Part shown: positions 19,589 to 28,506 of the stretch, one piece after another
How positions within the stretch are numbered: position 1 is the stretch's first letter
Layout of the letters: every line of letters starts with the position of its first letter
Assembly: GCA_963801355.1 (NCBI GenBank)
Contig: CAWDEM010000008.1
Coordinates: 2,944,001-3,008,000, forward strand
Direction: 5' to 3'
Origin: Ignavibacteriota bacterium
GTDB lineage: Bacteria > Bacteroidota > Ignavibacteria > UBA10030 > UBA6906
Length of the DNA stretch: 64,000 bases
Made by a program: the position numbers and the translations under genes
The notes under the pieces: model-generated
Databases searched by the model: none
Seen by the model: only the letters and a program-made list of their open reading frames with translations
Told to the model about the DNA's origin: nothing

Positions 19589-21147
19589 ACCACGGTCATC
19601 ACCACACGCACATTGCGGATTTCCGCCGGCGGGACGGAGAATATGTTCTCCGACAGAACGACCATGTCCGCCATCTTTCCGGGTTCCAGAGTTCCCTTGA
19701 GATGTTCTTCGAATGCGGCGAACGCATTGTTCACCGTGTAGCACCTCACCGCTTCTTCGACGGTGAGGCGTTGCTCGGGGAACCATCCTCCGGGCCGCTT
19801 CCCGTCAAGGGTCGCCCGCGTCACCGCGGCGTAGATTCCCTGGATCGCATCGAACGGGGCGACCGTCCAATCACTCCCGAAGCATACGCGCACGCCGGCA
19901 TCAAGGAACGATTTGAACGCGTAGGTTGTCCTGGCACGCACAGGCCCGATCCGCTGTTCGGCCCAGACGCCGTCATCGATGCAGTGATAGGGCTGGGCTG
20001 ACACCACTACGCCGAGTGAGGAGAACCGCTGGATGTCCTCTGTTCTCACGTGCTGGGCGTGTTCGATCCGGAAGCGCCGGTCCCATGCCGGGTTCGTCCG
20101 GATGATCTCTTCGAAAAGCGAGAGAATGGCATCATTGGCGCGGTCACCGATCGCATGGATGGAAAGCTGCAGACCATGCCGGTCGGCCTCCAGCGCCCAC
20201 TCCCGGAGCCGCCCGCTGGTCAGCACCTCCATTGCAAGCCCCGTCGTGGTCGGCGCGTTGAGATACGGCTCGAAGAACCATGCGGTGTTCGATCCCAGGG
20301 ATCCGTCTGCAAACGCCTTCAGGGATCCCACCTTGACAAATTCCGTTCCGTGCGCGCGGCGGACGCGTTCGCGGACAAGTCTCATCATGCCGGCGATCGG
20401 CAACCGCGCATAAATGCGGCAGGTGAGCTTTCCTGCGCCTTCGAGTTTGTGATAGAAGGGGATGTGCTCTTCTTCCGAGATATCGTGCACCGACGTGATG
20501 CCGTTTCTCCGTGCCACATCGAGCGCCTGCAGTATGGAACGCTCCACCTCATTGGGCGTGGGGCGCGGGATCACGCGGGTGACCAGATCCATGGCGGCGT
20601 CTTTGAGGATACCGGTGGGTTCGCCTGTCGCCGGGTCCCGTTCGATGGTTCCCCCGGGCGGATCCGGCGTCTCCCGGGTGATGCCCGCCTGGCGCAGGGC
20701 GACACTGTTGGCGAGCGCCATGTGCCAGTCAAGCCGGTTGATGAATACGGGAGTGTCGGGAGAAACAGGATCGATCACGTCGCGGTCGGGGAGCTGTTTC
20801 ACATCCCACCCCTCCTGATCCCAGTCTCCGCCGGACACCCAGGTTCCCGGGTGGGTCTTGATAAAAGCCGCCAGGGTTTCCGCCACCTCTGCGGTTGATC
20901 TGCACTGGCGCAGGTGCAATCCGTCCACCTGCGAACCGCCCAGCACGAAGTGCACATGGTCATCGATGAACCCCGGGAGCATCAGCTGTCCGTGCAGATC
21001 GATCACTTCTGCACCAGATCCGGCGAACTGTCGCGCACCGGCGGAAGACCCCACGAAGACTATCCTGCCGCCTTTGGTCACAACAGCTTCGGCCCGGGGA
21101 ATCGCATCGTGCATTGTGCGCACGACGCCGTTGACGAAACATTTCAT
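19564..21147 (-). CDS. YtcJ-like amidohydrolase (amidohydrolase_3)
   Basis: PGFIDDHVH, KAFADGSLGS, HAIGDRA, RIEHAQ, GSDW, GTLEPGKMAD; ATG 21147 overlaps the permease stop (ATGA). Confidence 0.9.
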   Translation of the reverse strand: MKCFVNGVVRTMHDAIPRAEAVVTKGGRIVFVGSSAGARQFAGSGAEVIDLHGQLMLPGFIDDHVHFVLGGSQVDGLHLRQCRSTAEVAETLAAFIKTHPGTWVSGGDWDQEGWDVKQLPDRDVIDPVSPDTPVFINRLDWHMALANSVALRQAGITRETPDPPGGTIERDPATGEPTGILKDAAMDLVTRVIPRPTPNEVERSILQALDVARRNGITSVHDISEEEHIPFYHKLEGAGKLTCRIYARLPIAGMMRLVRERVRRAHGTEFVKVGSLKAFADGSLGSNTAWFFEPYLNAPTTTGLAMEVLTSGRLREWALEADRHGLQLSIHAIGDRANDAILSLFEEIIRTNPAWDRRFRIEHAQHVRTEDIQRFSSLGVVVSAQPYHCIDDGVWAEQRIGPVRARTTYAFKSFLDAGVRVCFGSDWTVAPFDAIQGIYAAVTRATLDGKRPGGWFPEQRLTVEEAVRCYTVNNAFAAFEEHLKGTLEPGKMADMVVLSENIFSVPPAEIRNVRVVMTVVDGEVVYG

Positions 21148-22484
21148 GATGTCTCCTGCACTATTCGACGACGGTATGCATAGTAGAAGTAGACCGGAAG
21201 ACCGGAGAGGATCAGTGCCAACGAGGCGAGGATCCCTCCGGTCGGGTAGGCCAGGAATGTCCCGACGGCAACATACAGCTGCGACGCCATGGCGAGCACC
21301 GCCATCACGCCCCACCAGGGTGCCCGGTACGTCGGTGCGTAGTCAGGCTTGCGCCGCAGGAAGAAGATAGCACCGTAGACAAGCCCGTTCTGCAAGGCGT
21401 ACGAAAGCGTGAAGTAACCCATCATGTTCTCGATGTCCCCGAGGAGGAACAGCGCAATTCCCAGGGCCGACTGAATGAGAATGGAGTAGTCGGGTGTGAG
21501 ATACTTCGGGTGGAGGTGTCCGAAGACACTGAAGAACAGGCCGTCCCGCGCGATGGCATACTCCAGGCGCGGCTGCGCCATGATGCTTGCGCTCAGGACA
21601 CCGACCATGGAAACAAACGCTGCCACGGCGAACATGGCGCCGGCGGCGTTCGCCTCCATGCCGAGGTAGCGGAACGGATTGATGAAATCCCCTCTGGCCG
21701 CAATCATCTGATCGAACGGCACGATTGCCGATGTGCACAATGCAATGAGTGTGTATGCAATCATGACAAACGCGAGAGAGCCGATGAGCGCCACGGGCAG
21801 TGTGCGTTCGGGCCGTTTCACCTCGCCCGCCATATACAGGATATTGGTGAAGCCCGCGTACGACCAGAGTGTGGACGAAATGCCGGCCGTGATCACGGCA
21901 AAGACCGAACCGTTGACCACAGCCGTCGTTCCCCCCGACAGATTCCCCGACCTGAGGTAGAAGAAGCCGATCATGACGATCGAAAGCAACGGCGTCAGTT
22001 TGGCAATGGTCAGCACGATTTGCAGGTTTCCGCCGGTGCGGACACTGCGATAATGCAGGAATGACAGTATGACAATCAACAGGGCGGCCAGAAACCGTGC
22101 TGTCACCGGGTCGCCGAACGCCGGGGAAAAGAAGGTGAGTGCGGACATTGCGCCGAGTGCGACAATGGTCAGCGTGGGCGTGTCGCTGGTCAGAAAGGCC
22201 GTCCATGTGTAGAGAAAGGCCAGGAAGGGCGAGCCGGCCTTGTGCAGGTAGAAGTATGCCCCGCCCTGAATAGGATAGGCGGTTCCCATCTCGGCAAGAA
22301 TCAGGATCTGGGGGATCCAGAGAACGCCTCCCAGAAACCAGATGAGCACGGACATAAGCGGACTGCCGCTGATCCGCGCCACGATCGGCAGACTCAAGAA
22401 AACACCCGAACCTATTACGGTACCCACCACAAGTGATGCGGTCTGCACAAGGGAAAGCTGGCGCTGCGGCGCGGGCGTACTCAT
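21144..22484 (-). CDS. APC-family permease, FrlA (fructoselysine transporter)-like
   Basis: VGTVIGSGVF, IPQILILAEMGTAYP, YLHKAGSPFLAFL...W...D.P.L, and QPRLEYA resemble the FrlA pattern; about 12 TM segments. Confidence 0.82.
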   Translation of the reverse strand: MSTPAPQRQLSLVQTASLVVGTVIGSGVFLSLPIVARISGSPLMSVLIWFLGGVLWIPQILILAEMGTAYPIQGGAYFYLHKAGSPFLAFLYTWTAFLTSDTPTLTIVALGAMSALTFFSPAFGDPVTARFLAALLIVILSFLHYRSVRTGGNLQIVLTIAKLTPLLSIVMIGFFYLRSGNLSGGTTAVVNGSVFAVITAGISSTLWSYAGFTNILYMAGEVKRPERTLPVALIGSLAFVMIAYTLIALCTSAIVPFDQMIAARGDFINPFRYLGMEANAAGAMFAVAAFVSMVGVLSASIMAQPRLEYAIARDGLFFSVFGHLHPKYLTPDYSILIQSALGIALFLLGDIENMMGYFTLSYALQNGLVYGAIFFLRRKPDYAPTYRAPWWGVMAVLAMASQLYVAVGTFLAYPTGGILASLALILSGLPVYFYYAYRRRIVQETS

Positions 22485-22586
22485 GGTAGGTCAAAGTAGT
22501 ACAATCGCCGCAGAGGTGCAACGCCAGCCTTGCGTTTCGTTGGACTTCTCCCTATACTTTTCCCCAACAACTCACCGGGAGAGATT

Positions 22587-23351
22587 ATGCTGGTCATTGT
22601 GACGGACAACTATGATCTCATGAGCAAGGAAACGGCCAGGTTCGTCGCCGACCGTCTCCGGAAGAAACCCAACCTCGTGCTCGGCCTTGCCACCGGCAGC
22701 ACCCCGCTCGGCATGTACAAAGAATTGATACGGATGCACAGGGAAGAGGGACTCGATTTTTCCAAGGTCACCACATTCAATCTGGATGAATACGTCGGTG
22801 TTCCCCCTGAACACGATCAGAGCTATCACTACTTCATGTGGGAGAATCTGTTCAAACACATCAACATCGATGAACGGTATGTCCATATCCCGATGGGCAT
22901 GGCCAAAGACGTGGAACTCTTTTGTGAGTGGTATGAGCAGCGCATCAAGGAGTGCGGCGGCATCGATCTGCAGGTTCTCGGCATCGGCGCGAACGGGCAC
23001 ATCGCCTTCAATGAACCCGGCTCCTCACTCGGCTCGCGGACGCGCATCAAGACATTGACCGGGACAACCCGCCTGGACAACGCCCGCTTCTTCAAGAATC
23101 CTCAGGAAGTGCCGAAGTACGCGATCACCATGGGTGTCGGAACGATCATGGATGCCAAGGAAATCCTCCTGCTGGCTAACAAAGCCAGCAAGGCCGACGC
23201 CATCAAGGCCGCTGTGGAGGGACCGATCACCGCCATGTGTCCCGCATCGATCATCCAGTTGCACCAGCGAGCCCTTGTTGTTGTGGACAAGGAAGCTTCC
23301 TCGAAACTCGTAGGGCTTTACAACGATACCTGGGAACCGAAGATGTTCTAA
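22587..23351 (+). CDS. nagB: Glucosamine-6-phosphate deaminase
   Basis: LGLATGSTP, TFNLDEY, LGIGANGHIAFNEPGSS, AITMGVGTI; start at ATG 22587. Confidence 0.96.
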   Translation: MLVIVTDNYDLMSKETARFVADRLRKKPNLVLGLATGSTPLGMYKELIRMHREEGLDFSKVTTFNLDEYVGVPPEHDQSYHYFMWENLFKHINIDERYVHIPMGMAKDVELFCEWYEQRIKECGGIDLQVLGIGANGHIAFNEPGSSLGSRTRIKTLTGTTRLDNARFFKNPQEVPKYAITMGVGTIMDAKEILLLANKASKADAIKAAVEGPITAMCPASIIQLHQRALVVVDKEASSKLVGLYNDTWEPKMF

Positions 23352-23369
23352 GCGCACGGAGAGCGTACA

Positions 23370-24626
23370 ATGGCGGAATCACTCTGCATTTTTGAAGATC
23401 TCCACTACGAGCGCCTGCTTCCCCTTGTGTACATGCGCCCGGTCTATGACCTCCGGTGCGGCATCCTGACGCTCCGGGAAAAACTCGAACGCTGTTTTCC
23501 GGGCGTGCCGGTGCAGCTGCATGTGCGAGGGTACCTTGCCGATTTCCTCCGCGAACAGTATCCCCACCTCCCGGTCAATACCGTCAACACCGCAAGCTGT
23601 CTCTTCATTAACGGCCGCGTGCTGGCGGACCCGCAGTTCCTGGCGCAGGTGCCATTGCAGGGAGAAGACGCGGTGTACGTCGACGGGGAATCCGTGGTCG
23701 CCGCCCGGGTGAGCGGGAGCCGTCTCGAGCGCCTGAAGACTCACCTGCCCGATCTATTCGATGCGAAGCACTTCGACGGTCTCACGCGCACGGATGTCCG
23801 GATCACCATGATCCGTTACCCCTGGGATCTGGTGGGCAACAACGGCGCCCAGATCAGAGCCGACTTCGCAGTGCTGACGGCAGGCATGACGGAGAAGATC
23901 GCGGGCACAGTCTACGACGGCGTGCATCTACTTCAGCGCGACGCCATCTGCATCGAGGCAGGCGCAAAGGTGAAGCCGGGTGTCGTGCTCGACGCGGAGG
24001 GGGGACCGGTCTTCATCGCCCGGAACGCCAGAATCTTCCCGAATGCGGTGATCGAAGGGCCGGCATTCATCGGTGAAAGCTCACTGATCAAAGTCGGCGC
24101 AAAGATCTACGAGGATACCAGCATAGGCCCCGTGTGCAAGGTCGGCGGCGAGGTGGAGGCATCCATTATTCACGGCTACTCCAACAAGCAACACGACGGC
24201 TTCCTCGGCCATGCCTATCTCGGCAAGTGGGTCAATCTGGGAGCCGATACGAACAACAGCGATCTCAAGAACAATTATAGCAGCGTCCGTGTGTACATCA
24301 ACGGCAAGGAGGTGGATAGCGGGTCGACGTTTGTGGGGCTGACGATGGGCGATCACTCCAAAAGCGCCATCAACACGATGTTTAATACCGGAACGGTGGT
24401 CGGCGTGTCAAGCAATGTGTTTGGAGCGGGCTTTCCTCCAAAGTACATCCCTTCGTTTGCCTGGGGCGGCGCGGAAGAACTTACGACATATGATCCTGGC
24501 AAGAGTCTGGACGTTGCACGGCGGGTGATGGCACGGCGGAAAGTGGTCATGTCGGCGGAGGAGGAGCGGGTCTTCCGGCACGTCTTCGAACTCACACAGG
24601 AGGAACGAAAGCACGCAAAAATGTAG
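23370..24626 (+). CDS. GlmU-related sugar nucleotidyltransferase/hexapeptide acyltransferase (Bacteroidota type)
   Basis: LLPLVYMRPVYDLRCGILTLREK N-terminus; left-handed beta-helix with SNKQHDGFLGHAYLGKWVNLGADTNNSDLKNNY. Confidence 0.88.
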   Translation: MAESLCIFEDLHYERLLPLVYMRPVYDLRCGILTLREKLERCFPGVPVQLHVRGYLADFLREQYPHLPVNTVNTASCLFINGRVLADPQFLAQVPLQGEDAVYVDGESVVAARVSGSRLERLKTHLPDLFDAKHFDGLTRTDVRITMIRYPWDLVGNNGAQIRADFAVLTAGMTEKIAGTVYDGVHLLQRDAICIEAGAKVKPGVVLDAEGGPVFIARNARIFPNAVIEGPAFIGESSLIKVGAKIYEDTSIGPVCKVGGEVEASIIHGYSNKQHDGFLGHAYLGKWVNLGADTNNSDLKNNYSSVRVYINGKEVDSGSTFVGLTMGDHSKSAINTMFNTGTVVGVSSNVFGAGFPPKYIPSFAWGGAEELTTYDPGKSLDVARRVMARRKVVMSAEEERVFRHVFELTQEERKHAKM

Positions 24627-24630
24627 CTGC

Positions 24631-24669
24631 GTCCTTGCGAGTGGCGCCTCCGGCGCCACGAAGCAACCT
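24631..24669. repeat. REP-like palindromic element (GTCNT-TGCGAG...CGAAGCAA-CCT)
   Basis: gtccttgcgagtggcgcc-tcc-ggcgccacgaagcaacct; internal 8-bp stem; lies at a convergent junction; sister copy at 58163. Confidence 0.65.
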
Positions 24670-24692
24670 CCTCGTTGAGAACTCGTAGTACC

Positions 24693-25394
24693 CTACAGTA
24701 CCTCCCTCACCTGTTTCTTTTCAAACGCATCCACATCAAACGCCACCGCATACGTGGTTCCCGCAACCGCTCCCCGGACCCGGGCGAGGGCGGTATAGTA
24801 GTCGAGGTACGCAAATGTGGAAATCCCCCCTTTAATGAACTCGTAGCCTGTCACCCAGGAGCGCCACGCTTCAAGTTCGGTGGATACATCCACCAGCATG
24901 TACGGCGTGAACCCTTCCGGATCTTCCCAGTTTTCCGTGTAGTAGATGCTACGGACACCGCGGTGGCGCTCGTGGCCGGTCTCCACAGCCTCCAGTGATG
25001 CGAGAAGCACGGCATCCATGGTGAGCTGATGTGCGGCAACATGGTCTTTGTGAATACTCGTCCGCCAGTGGGTGATGATATGCGTTGGCTTGACTCGCCG
25101 GATGACGCCGGCCACGAACAATCGGGCTTCATCCGATACCGGCAACTCGCCGTCGCGGTAGGGCCCGAACAACACCTCGGCGCCCATGGCCCGGGCGACG
25201 GTTTCCGCTTCACGGCGTTTCTGTGCCCCATACGCTGCAGGTGTCATGCGTGGATTGCCTCCCTCCCCGGGAGTCAGATGCAGCAGCACGACACGATCCC
25301 CTTTGCGGGCATGTTTGTACAGCACAGCCCCGCAGGAGACTTCCATGTCCCCCGCGTGCGCACCAACGGCAAGGAGTACTTTCGGTTCTTCCAT
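24693..25394 (-). CDS. PIG-L/LmbE-family N-acetyl-sugar deacetylase
   Basis: GAHAGDME (variant of AHPDDE), LTPGEGG, REA, ITHW...HKDH. Confidence 0.88.
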   Translation of the reverse strand: MEEPKVLLAVGAHAGDMEVSCGAVLYKHARKGDRVVLLHLTPGEGGNPRMTPAAYGAQKRREAETVARAMGAEVLFGPYRDGELPVSDEARLFVAGVIRRVKPTHIITHWRTSIHKDHVAAHQLTMDAVLLASLEAVETGHERHRGVRSIYYTENWEDPEGFTPYMLVDVSTELEAWRSWVTGYEFIKGGISTFAYLDYYTALARVRGAVAGTTYAVAFDVDAFEKKQVREVL

Positions 25395-25405
25395 TATGGT
25401 CTCAT

Positions 25406-26419
25406 TTAGCGTTTCGGTATCCAGGCCATGCAGATCCCGGAACTCAGGTCCCAGGCGTACCTGCCACGGCTTCCTTCATAGAGCATCACAAACCAGCTTC
25501 CGGCATCATGCAGCGCGGGATACCAGATTGCCCCGCCATCGGCCGTGCTGCGGGCCCCCCCGCCGAACACCGGGTTGCCGGGATGCCTTTCCCAATGCAG
25601 CATGTCGCGTGACCGCGCCAGCCCGAAGTAATCGGGCTCGTCAACACGATCCGCACTTCCGCCATAGAGCAGATAGAACCACTCACCGGATTTCCAGACA
25701 CGCGCGGTAATGATCGACTTAGCATCCCAGCGATTAGGTTGTCCGGAAAATACGGGCTTGTTTCCAAACGGAAAGAACTTCACGCCGTCGGTGGAGACCG
25801 CCAGGTAGAGTTTGTACCCCACAGTGTCGCGCTTGTGATAGAGGAGATAGAGTGTATCGCCCACAGCGATGGCATCCGGCGAACGCCCTTCCAGAACTTT
25901 TCCCACCTTGACGAACTGTTCGCCGTCATTGCTGGTTGCCAGGCCGATGCTGTGGGGACCGCGGCCGATGGCACCGTAGTAGAGATGCACGCGTCCCTTG
26001 AACCAGACAGCCGCAGGATCGCGCACCTCCTGATCATCAAATGCTCCCGGTGCCCCGACATCGATCACCGGAGAACCGTTGTTCAGGTCGCGGAAATTCA
26101 GCTGCATGGGAGCGAACGACAATACCTCCGCGACACCGATCCGGTCGTGGTAACCTTTCCCCTTCCGCGGCATGTTACCGTTGCCGCAGTAGTACAGCAG
26201 TAAGCGATCTCCAAACCCGAACAGCTCCGGGTCGGCGGTCCACCGGCTCTTCCAGGTCGATCCCGAGGGGGCAATCACCGGATTCTGGCTCTCCCGCGTC
26301 CACGCCATACAGTTTGCCGGGTAATCGTTGGAGAAAGTGTCCCAGAAAGTCTGTGCCTGGAGCACCGGCGCGAAAAGCAGCGCAAGAGCGCAGGCGAATC
26401 CCATCCGCCTCATACTCAC
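25406..26419 (-). CDS. Secreted five-bladed beta-propeller glycosidase-like protein (GH32/43/117/130 superfamily)
   Basis: Signal peptide; repeated NPV, DP and IGLATSxDG blades (RIGVAE, IGLATSNDG, LAVSTDG, FGLARSRD...W.RHPGNPV). Confidence 0.75.
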   Translation of the reverse strand: MSMRRMGFACALALLFAPVLQAQTFWDTFSNDYPANCMAWTRESQNPVIAPSGSTWKSRWTADPELFGFGDRLLLYYCGNGNMPRKGKGYHDRIGVAEVLSFAPMQLNFRDLNNGSPVIDVGAPGAFDDQEVRDPAAVWFKGRVHLYYGAIGRGPHSIGLATSNDGEQFVKVGKVLEGRSPDAIAVGDTLYLLYHKRDTVGYKLYLAVSTDGVKFFPFGNKPVFSGQPNRWDAKSIITARVWKSGEWFYLLYGGSADRVDEPDYFGLARSRDMLHWERHPGNPVFGGGARSTADGGAIWYPALHDAGSWFVMLYEGSRGRYAWDLSSGICMAWIPKR

Positions 26420-28473
26420 CTCTCGAGAAGTTTTTCTTGAAATGTCGGCTGGGCACCCGCCATCGCCAGGAAGATGTCGAGCGGCACGACCTCGAACTCC
26501 GGCCCCAGCTTGTCAAGGATGTTCTTGACCCGTTTGATGTCCGTCCACTGCCGTACGTGCATCAGCAGGAAGTAGGGACGTGCGCTGTTCATTGCCGCGA
26601 GCTCCTGGAGATCAGCCACCGCCTCGGCCTCGGGCCGTGTCTCGGAAAGATAATAGTCGAATGAAACAAGCGGACGCCCGTTCCGCGATGCAAATGAATG
26701 CGAGGCGGTATAGCCGTTCACAAAACCAACCGCATCCGGCATGCCGGCATAAAATGCATCCACCACATCGCGTGTGAGTTCGGTGTTGCCCTCAACCGTC
26801 GCACCCTCGGAATAGTCCATGATCTCAAAGACATTCAAATCCAGCTGCTTCATTAACTCGTACGCTTTGGAAACGACCTGCGGGAGAAAGGCCTTGGGGA
26901 TGGCTTTGGGATACATGTATCCGGGTCCGCCGAGCGAACCGATGAAATAATCATTCGGCGTCGCCATGCCGTAGAAATACTCCAGCATGGTCGGAGCCAG
27001 CCAGACCCAGTTCATGGTCACTTCCCAGGCGTAAGGAATCTCACCCCGCCCCGGCTTGAGCCATGCGCCGATGCCCAGACAATCGGTCTCTATTGCGGCG
27101 ATGTAGACTTTCTTCTCCCGTGCGGGGATCTTCCCCGGAACGAGATGGTGGTTGTTCTTGAATGTGAAGCCCGGCGTCAGGGCCGTCTGGCTGCAGAAAC
27201 TCATGTTGGGCAGTGTGTGCAGGCCTTCAACGCGCAGCGCATAGCTGGAGGCCAGTTTGACGTGGTCACGTTCCTTGTCCTTTGCATACGAATGCCAGCC
27301 CATGACCAGCGACAGAGGTTTCATCTCGCTGAAGATCTTGTTGGCAAGTGCATATTCCTCCGTGTCAGCAGGTTTTGTCGAGAGGTCGGTGAAGAATGCC
27401 TGCTTGAGCATTCCGAAATCCGCGACACCGGGCCGCATGATCTTCCCGTGTTCGCCTCCCAGCCAGACCACAAACTCTTTGCTGCAACGGTCCCAGTACT
27501 GTTCGATCGCCCAGCGATAGATTGCGGCGTCGTTTTTTCCCGTGAACTTGCCGCGGAAGTCAGCCACGGGCCTGAGCCCTGCCCGCTCCACCATCGGGAT
27601 CAGCTCTTCGCTGACGACAACCGCCTTCTCCAATCCGGCAACGGTGTACGCAACGATGAGCGAGGTCCGCACGTTTTTGTCCCACACAACGTAGCCTTTG
27701 ACAAACGGACGCAGCGCCGCGAGGGCGGAGTCCGCCGTGCGCAATTCCGTGAATGAGTAATTGTGCTTCGTGCGATAGTAATCATAGACCGACTGCGTGA
27801 ACGTATAATCCCACTTTTCACCGTAGATGAAATAGAGCCGTGGCGCCCCGGTGTTGGCCACGCCCTGCAGACTGATAAGGAACGCCTGTTCCGGCAGCTT
27901 CCCGTCAATTGCCCAGTTGTCGGTCATACGCATGACATAGGCCGTGCGGGCATTCGTCCGTACAAAAGTGTATGTGGGCGCGGACGCCTTCGGACGCGTC
28001 GGCCGCTCTATCCGCCAGGTGAGCGTGCCGCCGTCGGCGGAAAGGGTGAACACATTCTCCACCGTATACGGCAACATCCCCTGCGACACGAGTACGGAGT
28101 AGCGTTCGTTGATGTACAGCACCCTGCCATTCTGTTCTGTGCGGGCGCTGACTGCCTTCGTCTTGCCGGGCTGCATTGACACGCCCATGAACACATTCGT
28201 GGGCCAGACACGGTCACGCACGGGCACCGTCACAGTCGCACCCCCGGAGGGCAGCGTCACGGAGTCCCGGAAACCGCGGGCTCCTCCCCAGTTCTGTACC
28301 ACTGTCACAAGATCGCCGGAGTGCGTGATCCGCAGCGCCACGGTGGAGTAGAGATCGATCTCTGAACTCTTTTCGGGAAGCATCTTCCAGTCACCGTCCA
28401 TCGTTGCAGGCTGGGCCATGCACAACGCAAAAGCGGCAACGCTGAGCAGCAGTGTGATAAGAAGTCTGCGCAT
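26416..28473 (-). CDS. GxGYxYP-domain putative glycoside hydrolase, paralog 1
   Basis: Signal peptide; ISLQGVAN...PRLY, RGEIPYAW, YFYGMATPNDYFIGSLGGPGYMYP. Confidence 0.85.
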   Translation of the reverse strand: MRRLLITLLLSVAAFALCMAQPATMDGDWKMLPEKSSEIDLYSTVALRITHSGDLVTVVQNWGGARGFRDSVTLPSGGATVTVPVRDRVWPTNVFMGVSMQPGKTKAVSARTEQNGRVLYINERYSVLVSQGMLPYTVENVFTLSADGGTLTWRIERPTRPKASAPTYTFVRTNARTAYVMRMTDNWAIDGKLPEQAFLISLQGVANTGAPRLYFIYGEKWDYTFTQSVYDYYRTKHNYSFTELRTADSALAALRPFVKGYVVWDKNVRTSLIVAYTVAGLEKAVVVSEELIPMVERAGLRPVADFRGKFTGKNDAAIYRWAIEQYWDRCSKEFVVWLGGEHGKIMRPGVADFGMLKQAFFTDLSTKPADTEEYALANKIFSEMKPLSLVMGWHSYAKDKERDHVKLASSYALRVEGLHTLPNMSFCSQTALTPGFTFKNNHHLVPGKIPAREKKVYIAAIETDCLGIGAWLKPGRGEIPYAWEVTMNWVWLAPTMLEYFYGMATPNDYFIGSLGGPGYMYPKAIPKAFLPQVVSKAYELMKQLDLNVFEIMDYSEGATVEGNTELTRDVVDAFYAGMPDAVGFVNGYTASHSFASRNGRPLVSFDYYLSETRPEAEAVADLQELAAMNSARPYFLLMHVRQWTDIKRVKNILDKLGPEFEVVPLDIFLAMAGAQPTFQEKLLER

Positions 28474-28506
28474 GAAATCTCCGTTTGTACTGATAATTCA
28501 GACCTG

